From contig OZ244048.1 of the NCBI GenBank assembly GCA_965215265.1, forward strand, positions 3,744,001 to 3,808,000: a stretch of DNA of 64,000 nt. The letters are read 5' to 3'. This DNA is from Candidatus Poribacteria bacterium (GTDB lineage: Bacteria > Poribacteria > WGA-4E > WGA-3G). A program made the position numbers and the translations under genes. A model generated the notes under the pieces. It searched no databases, was not told the origin of the DNA, and was given only the letters and a program-made list of their open reading frames with translations. Numbering within the stretch: position 1 is the stretch's first letter; every line of letters begins with the position of its first letter. Below, in pieces: positions 17,329 through 25,904 of the stretch.

Positions 17329-18843
17329 TCATCTGTTGCACATCCCATCTGAGCGAACGCCGGCATCCTCTGCGATTAAGGTTGCTGCCATTTTGCCAGA
17401 CAAGATGACTAAGGGAATGCCGCCGCCCGGGTGTACCGAACCACCTGCGAAGTAGAGTCCCTTAACCAGACGACTCCGATTCGGTAAACGTTTGAACGCT
17501 GTCGTTTTGCTGTTGGATGAAACGCCATAGATACTGCCTTGATTGCTTGCATAAAGTTGAGAGAAATCTGCCGGTGTGTAAGTCTGCTCTACCTCAATTC
17601 CATCTACAATATCCAGTCCTATCTGCTTTAATCTGTCGAGAACAGTGTTCCGCATTCGAACTTTTTCCTTTGCCCATATCTGTCCTGGTTGGAGGTAGGG
17701 CATGTTCAAAAGCACGAACCAATTCTCGCCATCAGCGGGAGCATGTTGCGCATCTACTTTACTGGTTATAGCAATATAGATAGTCGGTTCATCAGGTGCT
17801 TGTCGCTGTTTGAAGATTTGCGTGAATTCTGCGTCATAATCGCTGGAAAAGATAATATTGTGGTGTGCTAAGGCTGTATGTTTTCCGCTAACGCCCCAAA
17901 GGAATACCATTCCGGACAAAGACGGTTCCAATTGATTGAGTCTTTTGCGTTGATGCGGATGTCTATCAAGTAATTCGTTATGTGCTATCACTGCATCCGT
18001 GCCACACAAGACATAATCTGCGTAGACTTTCTCTTTTCCATTGATTTGGACCCCATTGACGCGTTCGCCCACTTGACAGATTTTTTCAACTTTTGTTGAT
18101 GTATGAATATGGACACCTTGCTGACGTGCGATGGTTTCCAAGGCCTCGACTAACCGATACATGCCATCTTTGATGTAGAACCCACCGAATCCGTATTCAA
18201 TGTAGGGAATTATATTGAGGGTTGCCGGGGCTTGGAACGGATTTGAACCGATGTATGTAGCATAACGGTCGAAGAGTTGGATGAGCCGCGGATCTGAGAA
18301 AAAACGAGACACACTCTGGTGGACGGTCCGAAACGGATCTATTTGATGGAGCCTGAACAGTGTCCGGAGGTACCGCGGCCGCATGATTTTCTTGAATTCA
18401 TGAATGGGTGTAAATATAAAGATTTCCGATGTTAATCTGTGAATCCGTTCTGCATATTTCAAGAAACGTTCATATCCTTCAGTATCCTGAGGCGATAGTT
18501 TTTTTATGGCTGCTTTCATCTCTGTTTTGGCAGCCCTGGCATCCATCACCGTCCCGTCAGGAAAAAAGTATCGGCATATCGGATCGATTGCCACAAAGTC
18601 AAGGTAATCGGAGCGTTTGAAACCAGCAAAATCAAACAATTCATCGATAACAAACGGCATTGTCAACAGCGATGCCCCGGTATCAAATCGGTATCCGTCC
18701 AAAACGATTTCGTTGACCTTCCCTCCAATTTTCGGATTCTTCTCGAACAATTGCACAGAGAAGCCCAAACGTGCGAGACGAATCGCGCCGCTTAACGCAC
18801 CGAGTCCCCCACCAATGACTACGACGCTCTTATTTTTTATCAT
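17329..18843 (-). CDS. crtD: CrtI-family desaturase, probably 1-hydroxycarotenoid 3,4-desaturase (CrtD-like)
   Basis: GGGLG, FDTGASLLTMP, FDRYATY.GSNP.QAPATL, GGSVHPGGGIP; second CrtI paralog co-occurring with cruF. Confidence 0.7.
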   Translation of the reverse strand: MIKNKSVVVIGGGLGALSGAIRLARLGFSVQLFEKNPKIGGKVNEIVLDGYRFDTGASLLTMPFVIDELFDFAGFKRSDYLDFVAIDPICRYFFPDGTVMDARAAKTEMKAAIKKLSPQDTEGYERFLKYAERIHRLTSEIFIFTPIHEFKKIMRPRYLRTLFRLHQIDPFRTVHQSVSRFFSDPRLIQLFDRYATYIGSNPFQAPATLNIIPYIEYGFGGFYIKDGMYRLVEALETIARQQGVHIHTSTKVEKICQVGERVNGVQINGKEKVYADYVLCGTDAVIAHNELLDRHPHQRKRLNQLEPSLSGMVFLWGVSGKHTALAHHNIIFSSDYDAEFTQIFKQRQAPDEPTIYIAITSKVDAQHAPADGENWFVLLNMPYLQPGQIWAKEKVRMRNTVLDRLKQIGLDIVDGIEVEQTYTPADFSQLYASNQGSIYGVSSNSKTTAFKRLPNRSRLVKGLYFAGGSVHPGGGIPLVILSGKMAATLIAEDAGVRSDGMCNR

Positions 18844-19582
18844 GAATTCCTCCTCCCAGCGGGTGGTAGGTAAAAGGTAATCTTTTCTCTCCTGAAAGGA
18901 GAGACAAAGAATACCTATCCTGCCACAATTTTTCGTAGAGCATTGCGTTAAAAAGCATCAGTGTAAAGGCATATCCGAAATCCTCAATCGGAATTGTCAA
19001 AATTCGGTAATCGAGCTGATACGACTCACCGTACAGAACAACAGGACGTGCTGTGAGATACCCATTGAACACCAACGTCAAACCAGCAACAATTGCGAGG
19101 TAAAGATAAGTCCTGAGTTTCAGGAGCAGGTCAACTTTTAACAACCTATCCGCCACTCCAACGAGTCCGAAGCAAAACAGCACTAATCCTGTGTACTGTT
19201 TCCCTATGCTAAGCAACCATATACCCGCCAACGGTGCAGCGTATAAAACTGTTCTGATAGGTTGAAGCGATTTCAATTTCGTTGAGGAGTCGCGTTGCGG
19301 CAGCGTTTCCCAGACTAACAAACACCCAAATGGAACCGTAAGAAAAAAAAGCCACTCTTCAATAGGCAACCCCAGCAAGCGAAATTCAAGCGTGTATTGT
19401 TCGTTAAACCACCAGTGTGAACCTGCGACGAGCATATCCCAGATGACGTAAGGAATCATAACAATTCCACATGTCAGTAATTTTACTCGCCAACGCGAGA
19501 GGTGCTTAATAGGCTGGATAAATTCTGAGGCGAGCGGTCCCCCAATAACAACCAGATTAAACAGCAGGTATTCAAATTTCAT
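18830..19582 (-). CDS. crtYcd: Lycopene cyclase domain protein (fused CrtYc/d type)
   Basis: Two repeats: WD....W.FN..GLPIEEWLFF and FNGYLT..PVVLY..IPIEDFGY. The C-terminus is encoded by a family A repeat. Confidence 0.85.
   Translation of the reverse strand: MKFEYLLFNLVVIGGPLASEFIQPIKHLSRWRVKLLTCGIVMIPYVIWDMLVAGSHWWFNEQYTLEFRLLGLPIEEWLFFLTVPFGCLLVWETLPQRDSSTKLKSLQPIRTVLYAAPLAGIWLLSIGKQYTGLVLFCFGLVGVADRLLKVDLLLKLRTYLYLAIVAGLTLVFNGYLTARPVVLYGESYQLDYRILTIPIEDFGYAFTLMLFNAMLYEKLWQDRYSLSLLSGEKRLPFTYHPLGGGIHDKK
18855..18927. repeat. REP-like repeat family A (copy 4), inside the lycopene cyclase CDS
   Basis: CCCAGCGGGTGGTAGGTAAAAGGTAATCTTTTCTCTCCTGAAAGGAGAGACAAAGAATACCTATCCTGCCACA. Confidence 0.85.
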
Positions 19583-19599
19583 TGATGAGCGACTCGTTG

Positions 19600-20193
19600 C
19601 TACGGGCGCAATTTCGATTTGACGCTTTGGAGATATATTTTTTCTTTAGTTGTGAGTTTTGCATGTTCCAGCAAGAAGGCGACTACATTTCTGATTAGTT
19701 TCGGCGAATAGGCATGCCTCTCAAGCGGCATCTGTTTGATAATTTCTTTGAAATTCCGCTGGGCATCGTCAGAACGTCTGAAGAAGAACGGAAGATAATA
19801 GCACGTCATACCGTGGATGAACAACGCCTCAATGTTATTTGGGTTTTTCTTCAAGCCGCTATCCATAATGGAGAGCCCTCGCTTTACCCACTTGAGTTTG
19901 GTGTGAGGGAAAAAGGCGTGCTTTCCCTTAAGCGCAACAAGCGCGCCGATGTAAACCTGACTGGTGCCACTGTGCTTCGGTTCCAAAAAGGCAATTCGTT
20001 CAAATAGTTTAATTGTCGGTTCAATCTGCTTTTCGTCTTTAACTGCAGCGTAAAATTGCTCGCGCCCTTTTTTTAGTATCTCTTGTACTGGCGTGTCCGC
20101 CGCAATCGCATTAACGGAAAAGAGAAAAAGCAGTATTACGGTGCAATTTATGTTAACAAATTGATTAAGTGTCCGTCTAAAAAAACGATTCAT
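19600..20193 (-). CDS. Secreted all-helical (TPR-like) hypothetical protein, first gene of the carotenoid cluster
   Basis: Signal peptide (NAIA-AD); K.AFFP..KL.WVK.GL..MD..L...PNN.E..F..G.T.YYLP.FF.R pattern. Confidence 0.75.
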   Translation of the reverse strand: MNRFFRRTLNQFVNINCTVILLFLFSVNAIAADTPVQEILKKGREQFYAAVKDEKQIEPTIKLFERIAFLEPKHSGTSQVYIGALVALKGKHAFFPHTKLKWVKRGLSIMDSGLKKNPNNIEALFIHGMTCYYLPFFFRRSDDAQRNFKEIIKQMPLERHAYSPKLIRNVVAFLLEHAKLTTKEKIYLQSVKSKLRP

Positions 20194-20267
20194 TGGCAGC
20201 AGAGTAGACCATCGCGACGCGTGTCTCTTTTTTCGTTTTCGATTTTTTCTTACCGTTCAATAAAGCT

Positions 20268-20297
20268 ATTATACGTCCTAACAAAGTGTTTTGTCAA
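20268..20297 (-). promoter_or_regulatory. sigma70 promoter of the carotenoid operon
   Basis: Minus strand TTGACA-N18-TATAAT. Confidence 0.7.
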
Positions 20298-20375
20298 GTC
20301 AATGTGGTGACAATGGGCTTGCGATGGATGAAAATGACATTCAGGCAGCACTCGATAATTGAACGCAATTCGCTA

Positions 20376-23300
20376 TCATGCTAGCGGCGGCAGCTGCCCC
20401 ACAAGCTTCACTGTCTCTAGACTCACCGACACAACCCGTCCGATTAATTCCACAATATATTTCGGCACATCCGCACGATTCGGATCGTTCACAATGCCAC
20501 TCCGTTTGTCTACCTTCACACGATACCCATCCACTACCCACTCCAACGCACTACGCGTTCCTAAACGATACGCAAACGCCTCATCCGGAATACCGGCTAT
20601 CGTCAGGAAGTCGTTGTAGTGTAGCTGCGTCTTCTCTTTCGAGAATCTCATCTTCTCTACACGCCAATCCCGCTGGACATCCGGTGTCTCAATAAACTGC
20701 AAGCCTGCAGATTCGGGCTGCGTTTCATAGTTGACGTGAAGTTCTGCTAACCGCGCGCCAATGTTCATGAACGCCCAGAAATCTGGTGCAAATGGGATGT
20801 GAGGTAAATCGTGCTTCAGGTTCATCTGATAAGTTTCGCGATAGTCCGGCTGATGCAAGAGTGCATAGGTATAGTGAAAGATGTCCCACTTGCTGATGGT
20901 GCCCTCGCCGTAGTGAGTTCTGAACGCTGCCAATGCCCACTCCGTGATGTTTTCACGGCGGTTGCTGCCGTCTTCGGCGTAGATATAGAAAGGGAAACAT
21001 TGCGCCGGAGATCCAAAACCGCCTGTCATGCCGAGCTCGGGAATGCGATTAACCATTAGAGAAGTAAAAGGTTTTTCTTTTGTTATATTGACACAAATCA
21101 CCCGATTCTCTTTTTCCGTCTCAGGAGTCGGAAAGATGAAACGAAAGAGCCCGGGCCGGTCTACTAGCATCCGATCAAAGTAGAGCGCCCGCTTCGTGAA
21201 AGGGCGGTAGAGGCATCGCCGCAGTTTTGAGTCTTCAAATTCAGCGAAATGTCCGCTATTCAGATGCCGTTTTAACGTGGAACTCCATTTAATTTTCGTG
21301 GCATCAGCATCCACAAAATCATCAACGTTGGTGCCTCGAGCCCGCTGATGCTGCCACTTGAAAACCTGCGTGTTGTAGTTCTCAATCATCCGCTGCATAT
21401 TTTGAGAGAGCGCTTGGGCGTTGAAGTTGATAGTCCATGCATCACGATTGGTTTTCACACCATTGCTAAATTGATGAAAAATCACACCGGCTGCTGCTTC
21501 TTTTTTCGCCTTTGCTTTCTGGCTGCCGATCGGGATAAACGTTTCAAAATCTTCACGCAGCCCGCTAGTAAGCCAAATCTGTTTGGCATTAGGCGTTATT
21601 TCTTCCCAGCTCATCCCTCCGACATCTGCATGTAGATTCAGAAAACCAAACGTCCGCTTTTGATCCCACTCCACAGATTCACCGTTGTACAGGAGACGGG
21701 GCCGCTCCGGACGCTTCTGCTTCGTTTTCACGAGGATATTGATGCTAACGCCAACCTGAATGCCGAATACATTGGAATTTCCCGGATGCCCCTTCCGAAC
21801 GTTCCCGCCTAAATCTAACAAATAGAGGCTGTCAAAATCAGCCGCGAGATGTTTCCGCATTCCATCGAAAGAGATGCCATCAAGAAAACTATGGTTCGTT
21901 ACGAACGCAACGATGCCTTGTTCACCTATTCGATCCGATGCCCAACGGAACGCTTTCACGTATGGATCATATAACTTATTTCTTAACCGTGCCATGGAAT
22001 CTGACGCGTACGTTTCCGCGATGCGTTTATCTATCGCTGGATACTTCCGATTTTTGTTGTTATCGTTCTCATTCACCTGGCCAGCGTTGTAGGGCGGATT
22101 CCCCAGAACTACAAACATCTCCGACGCTTTCTGACGTTCAACGCGGGCCGTGTTTTCACGCGTGAAGAGTTGTGCCTGCTGCGGTTCAAGCAACTCAAAC
22201 GTATCAACAAGGCAGATGCCCTCAAACGGCAGGTATTCACCCGTCCGGCGGAAATATTCATGCTCTATGTTCAAACTGGAAATGTAATAAGGCAAAAGCA
22301 TCAGCTCATTGCAGTGGAGCTCCGTGCGGTATTTCTCCTCCAACATTGTGCCTTCAATATCTTGCATCAGGCGCACGATGAAGTTGCCGGTACCAACAAA
22401 GGGGTCGATGATATGAACGCCGCTATCCGACAGCGACCGGTCGAACTCATGCCTCAAGATGTATCCAACGCTTTTCACCATGAAATCGACTATCGGTTGC
22501 GGCGTGTAGACGATACCGTGTGTGTCTGCCACATCCGCAGAGAATCCTTGAAAAAACTTCTCATAAAACGTATTGAGGAAGTGCTGTTTTTGGGCAAATT
22601 CTCTACAGAGCGTGGCTGCCTGCTCAATAGCAATGTGGAATCTATCTAGTGGTTTGAGAAACACATCGCGACTCACAGCGTAGCGCATAAGTGCCGCACT
22701 GACTTTTTCAATTTCACTTGCAATGATATTTCGGCTTGTAAAATCCGATCTTTCAAAAACGTTGCGGAAGATGCGTTCCGTGAGGATATGCTGGATGAGC
22801 ATCTCCTCGACGGCATCCTGTGAGAGCTGGGGGTTAATCGAGGTACGGCAGGTTTGATAGAAATCGGCGAACGCCTCTTGAAAGTGCAGATCTGTTTCGT
22901 GGCGCTGACCAATCAGTTCTTTGAGTTTGTTTGCGAGGTCTGGCACATGTTCTCTGAAATCAGAGACTGCAGCCTGCCAGTTATCAAGCGCGGGCGGGAC
23001 ATAAGAGAACAGATGTTGGAGTGCAGCGATCAAGCGTGCCGGTTCGGTAATGTCCAGGTCTAATGCTATCTCTCCGTTCTGATATAAGAGGGCACGCTGT
23101 GGGGTTTGAAAGAGGGTGTTATCAAGAGGGTAGCCTGTGTCGCGTTTCTCCTGCACCGCTTTTTCGAGGTTGTCGTGCATATCCTTGGCTTCCCAATAGG
23201 CTAAGGGCAGTCCATACTCGTCGAGTATCGCGCCATCAATGACGATGCGGTTTCCTTTGGCGGTGTGCATCGCATATTGCGGAATGAGGGTGGCACCAAC

Positions 23301-23444
23301 CTGTTTTGCACAAATATCCAATAGAAAGGCGAACGGATTGCTGACTGCGCCTTCGTGCACAGCATCGTGCAGGTCGTATTGTTGCAAAGTCGCGTAGTAG
23401 TCTCGGACCGGTTTATGAGTAGGTTTGAGATTGAGTTGTGGCAT
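20376..23444 (-). CDS. Fused restriction-modification enzyme (N6-adenine MTase with Type ISP-like TRD; Type IIG/IIL architecture)
   Basis: N-terminal IDG...WEAKD nuclease motif, GIVYTP, DPFVGTGNF, GNPPY, C-terminal YRPF/QCFP/HIPF; no helicase motifs. Confidence 0.9.
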   Translation of the reverse strand: MPQLNLKPTHKPVRDYYATLQQYDLHDAVHEGAVSNPFAFLLDICAKQVGATLIPQYAMHTAKGNRIVIDGAILDEYGLPLAYWEAKDMHDNLEKAVQEKRDTGYPLDNTLFQTPQRALLYQNGEIALDLDITEPARLIAALQHLFSYVPPALDNWQAAVSDFREHVPDLANKLKELIGQRHETDLHFQEAFADFYQTCRTSINPQLSQDAVEEMLIQHILTERIFRNVFERSDFTSRNIIASEIEKVSAALMRYAVSRDVFLKPLDRFHIAIEQAATLCREFAQKQHFLNTFYEKFFQGFSADVADTHGIVYTPQPIVDFMVKSVGYILRHEFDRSLSDSGVHIIDPFVGTGNFIVRLMQDIEGTMLEEKYRTELHCNELMLLPYYISSLNIEHEYFRRTGEYLPFEGICLVDTFELLEPQQAQLFTRENTARVERQKASEMFVVLGNPPYNAGQVNENDNNKNRKYPAIDKRIAETYASDSMARLRNKLYDPYVKAFRWASDRIGEQGIVAFVTNHSFLDGISFDGMRKHLAADFDSLYLLDLGGNVRKGHPGNSNVFGIQVGVSINILVKTKQKRPERPRLLYNGESVEWDQKRTFGFLNLHADVGGMSWEEITPNAKQIWLTSGLREDFETFIPIGSQKAKAKKEAAAGVIFHQFSNGVKTNRDAWTINFNAQALSQNMQRMIENYNTQVFKWQHQRARGTNVDDFVDADATKIKWSSTLKRHLNSGHFAEFEDSKLRRCLYRPFTKRALYFDRMLVDRPGLFRFIFPTPETEKENRVICVNITKEKPFTSLMVNRIPELGMTGGFGSPAQCFPFYIYAEDGSNRRENITEWALAAFRTHYGEGTISKWDIFHYTYALLHQPDYRETYQMNLKHDLPHIPFAPDFWAFMNIGARLAELHVNYETQPESAGLQFIETPDVQRDWRVEKMRFSKEKTQLHYNDFLTIAGIPDEAFAYRLGTRSALEWVVDGYRVKVDKRSGIVNDPNRADVPKYIVELIGRVVSVSLETVKLVGQLPPLA

Positions 23445-23450
23445 AAGTCT

Positions 23451-23479
23451 ATAATAGCAGGTTTGGCGTTAAAAGGCAA
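23451..23479 (-). promoter_or_regulatory. sigma70 promoter, probably leaderless
   Basis: TTGCCT-N17-(TGC)TATTAT; ATG 6 nt downstream; no SD. Confidence 0.55.
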
Positions 23480-23817
23480 GAGAAATTAGGTTTCGGACAG
23501 AGCCCAGGATCGCGTTTATAGTAGGGCGATTTATCGTACCTCCGGCGCGCTGTGTTTATTTATGGCAGCGTGCTAATTGTCTAAATCAGGATTGACATGA
23601 TTTTAGGATGGTCAGGATTAGAGAATGTCTGGGCTTTGTTATCTTCTTGTAAGTGCATTTTCTAACCGTGCTCAATTAAATATTCCTAACTATCAACCCA
23701 AAATTTGACATCTCTCCGAAAATCTGCTACACTCTGCACCATTCAATAGATACCACGAATCAAACCTTTACGGGCATGTCTATAAGAGATAGCGCAATGC
23801 AAAGGAGTTATATCTGA

Positions 23818-24654
23818 ATGTACAACTTAAACGGAAAAGTCGCTTTAGTCACAGGCGCAGGTGGCAAAAACGGCATCGGCCGCGCCATTGCCACCCGCTT
23901 GGCAAAAGAAGGAGCCGACATAGCAGTCAACGACATCACGATGCATCCTTATGCAGCCGATGAAACCGAGTGGAAAGGACTGCCAGAGCTCGTCAGCGAA
24001 ATTGAAAAAATCGGACAACGCGCACTTAGCATCATCGCAGACGTTTCCAATGCAGCACAAGTGCAACAGATGATAGACAACGCCGTCTCGCACTTCGGAA
24101 AAATAGACATTCTTGTCAACAATGCAGGCACAATTGCTGGCAAAGACCGGGTACCTATCGTCGAACTCGCTGAAACAGATTGGGATCGGGTCCAACGTGT
24201 TAACGTGAAAGGCGTGTTCCTCTGCTGTCAAGCCGTCGCACGCCATCTCATCCTACAAAAAACCAAGGGCAAGATTATCAATATCTCCTCTGTTACCGGG
24301 AAACAGGGTTCAGCCCGCTATGCAGCATATAGTGCATCAAAATTTGCTGTCATCGGGCTCACACAATCCCTCGCATACGAGCTCGCCCCTTATCAAGTCA
24401 ACGTCAACGCCATCTGTCCCAGCCTTGTAGATACAGAACGCGTCGGCCACCTCGCATCTGTTCTCATGCCTGCTCAACTCTCACCGGAAGAACAGCGGGC
24501 GGCCTTTGCAACACAGGCTAAGGCATCGGTCCCCTTAGGGCGGCTCGCCGAAGGCGCAGATGTGGCTAACATGGCTGCGTTCCTCGCCTCTGACCAGGCT
24601 GAATATCTCACTGGACTCTCTATCTGTGTAGCCGGCGGTTCCGTCATGGACTAA
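23818..24654 (+). CDS. SDR family NAD(P)-dependent oxidoreductase
   Basis: TGAGGKNGIG, NNAG, YSASK. Confidence 0.95.
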   Translation: MYNLNGKVALVTGAGGKNGIGRAIATRLAKEGADIAVNDITMHPYAADETEWKGLPELVSEIEKIGQRALSIIADVSNAAQVQQMIDNAVSHFGKIDILVNNAGTIAGKDRVPIVELAETDWDRVQRVNVKGVFLCCQAVARHLILQKTKGKIINISSVTGKQGSARYAAYSASKFAVIGLTQSLAYELAPYQVNVNAICPSLVDTERVGHLASVLMPAQLSPEEQRAAFATQAKASVPLGRLAEGADVANMAAFLASDQAEYLTGLSICVAGGSVMD

Positions 24655-24708
24655 AGGGCATCGACAACTTTGTAGCTGCCCGTTTACGATTGAGCCCAGG
24701 GGCAAAAC

Positions 24709-25557
24709 CTACCGGAGAATGCGCTGGTCGCTCAAATCCTTACCACCAACCGTCTTGACTATCGATGCACCGCGCCATTCCCTGACTTCAAGCGCATGGA
24801 ACGCATTGACAATGTTATACTGTGTCGGCAGATCTTCCCAGCGCGCTTTATGAAACTTGACCGTCCCTTCACCGCGCCAATGCTCCTTAACCACGCGATT
24901 CGGAGTACGCGCAGGCGTTAGCACCGCATAAGCCGCATCCGCTGTCCCCCACTCACCCGTCCTTGGCATATACTTATAGTGCAGCGTACCTGTAAGCGGA
25001 GACTCGTTGACAGGCTCCTGGGGCACGGCAGGCGAATTTCCAAGAGACACCTGTTCTGTTGGACGTACATGCATATCCATAAACTTAAAACCGAGCCAAC
25101 TCGCAGCACAGTGTGTCTCCCCTCGAAAAACGTGCGGTTCCGGGAGCGCACAGTAAATTTTACTGAACCCTAATTCCTCACGTCCCGTGAGAATCGGATC
25201 TGTTAGATTTTCCCACAGCACCGTTAAAAAGGAGCCTGTCGCATCATTTACCTTTCCCTTGAAAACCACCGGAAAACTCACACCAAGCATGTTATAGCCA
25301 CGCCCCGCCAGCCATTCTATTTCCTTCATGTAGCTTGCAGACACAGACACAACCGGCTCACCATGAAGCCAAAAGCCTTCCGGCAAAAATGCTTCCAACT
25401 GCTCGCTATTCGTTAAAAAACTCACTGAAATTGATGTTGACTTCGGATTATCTTGGCACTCAAATTTTCTACCATCCGGACCTGACCTGGGCCCCGTCCT
25501 CGGCCCAAAGTGCGTCGGCATCCGGTACATTGCCTCCGGATCTAAAGTATATGCCAT
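24709..25557 (-). CDS. Acetoacetate decarboxylase family protein
   Basis: LEAFLPEGF, WLAGRGYN, LWEN..DPILTGREELGFSK. Confidence 0.85.
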   Translation of the reverse strand: MAYTLDPEAMYRMPTHFGPRTGPRSGPDGRKFECQDNPKSTSISVSFLTNSEQLEAFLPEGFWLHGEPVVSVSASYMKEIEWLAGRGYNMLGVSFPVVFKGKVNDATGSFLTVLWENLTDPILTGREELGFSKIYCALPEPHVFRGETHCAASWLGFKFMDMHVRPTEQVSLGNSPAVPQEPVNESPLTGTLHYKYMPRTGEWGTADAAYAVLTPARTPNRVVKEHWRGEGTVKFHKARWEDLPTQYNIVNAFHALEVREWRGASIVKTVGGKDLSDQRILR

Positions 25558-25904
25558 CTCGTTTCCTCCCTACACAACACTTGCTTGGATAATATACTTC
25601 TATTATACGGATATAGCGTCGAATGTCAACTAATTCAGACAATTCAAGTTACTCTAACGGATAATGTAGGAGCGAGCACCTGACTGTCTATCAGCTCTCA
25701 TAACACAGTTTCGCACCAGCGGCACAGTATCTGTATAACACGTGAGAGCAATTTCCCAATTCTTTCTTTCTTTTATAACAAAATCTCGGATCCTATTTTG
25801 CTTGTAAAATAAAAAACTTGACAATAGATACATTTTACGATATATATACTTTCAAAATCATTAGCTAAAATCATCACTTTTTACAAAAAGGGATCCTTTG
25901 CATT

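Noticed and set aside
20268-20320. CarH/LitR light-responsive operator at the carotenoid promoter
   Set aside because: Only a weak ACAAA-N4-TTTGT symmetry; no clear 11-bp tandem repeats and no regulator gene in the window.
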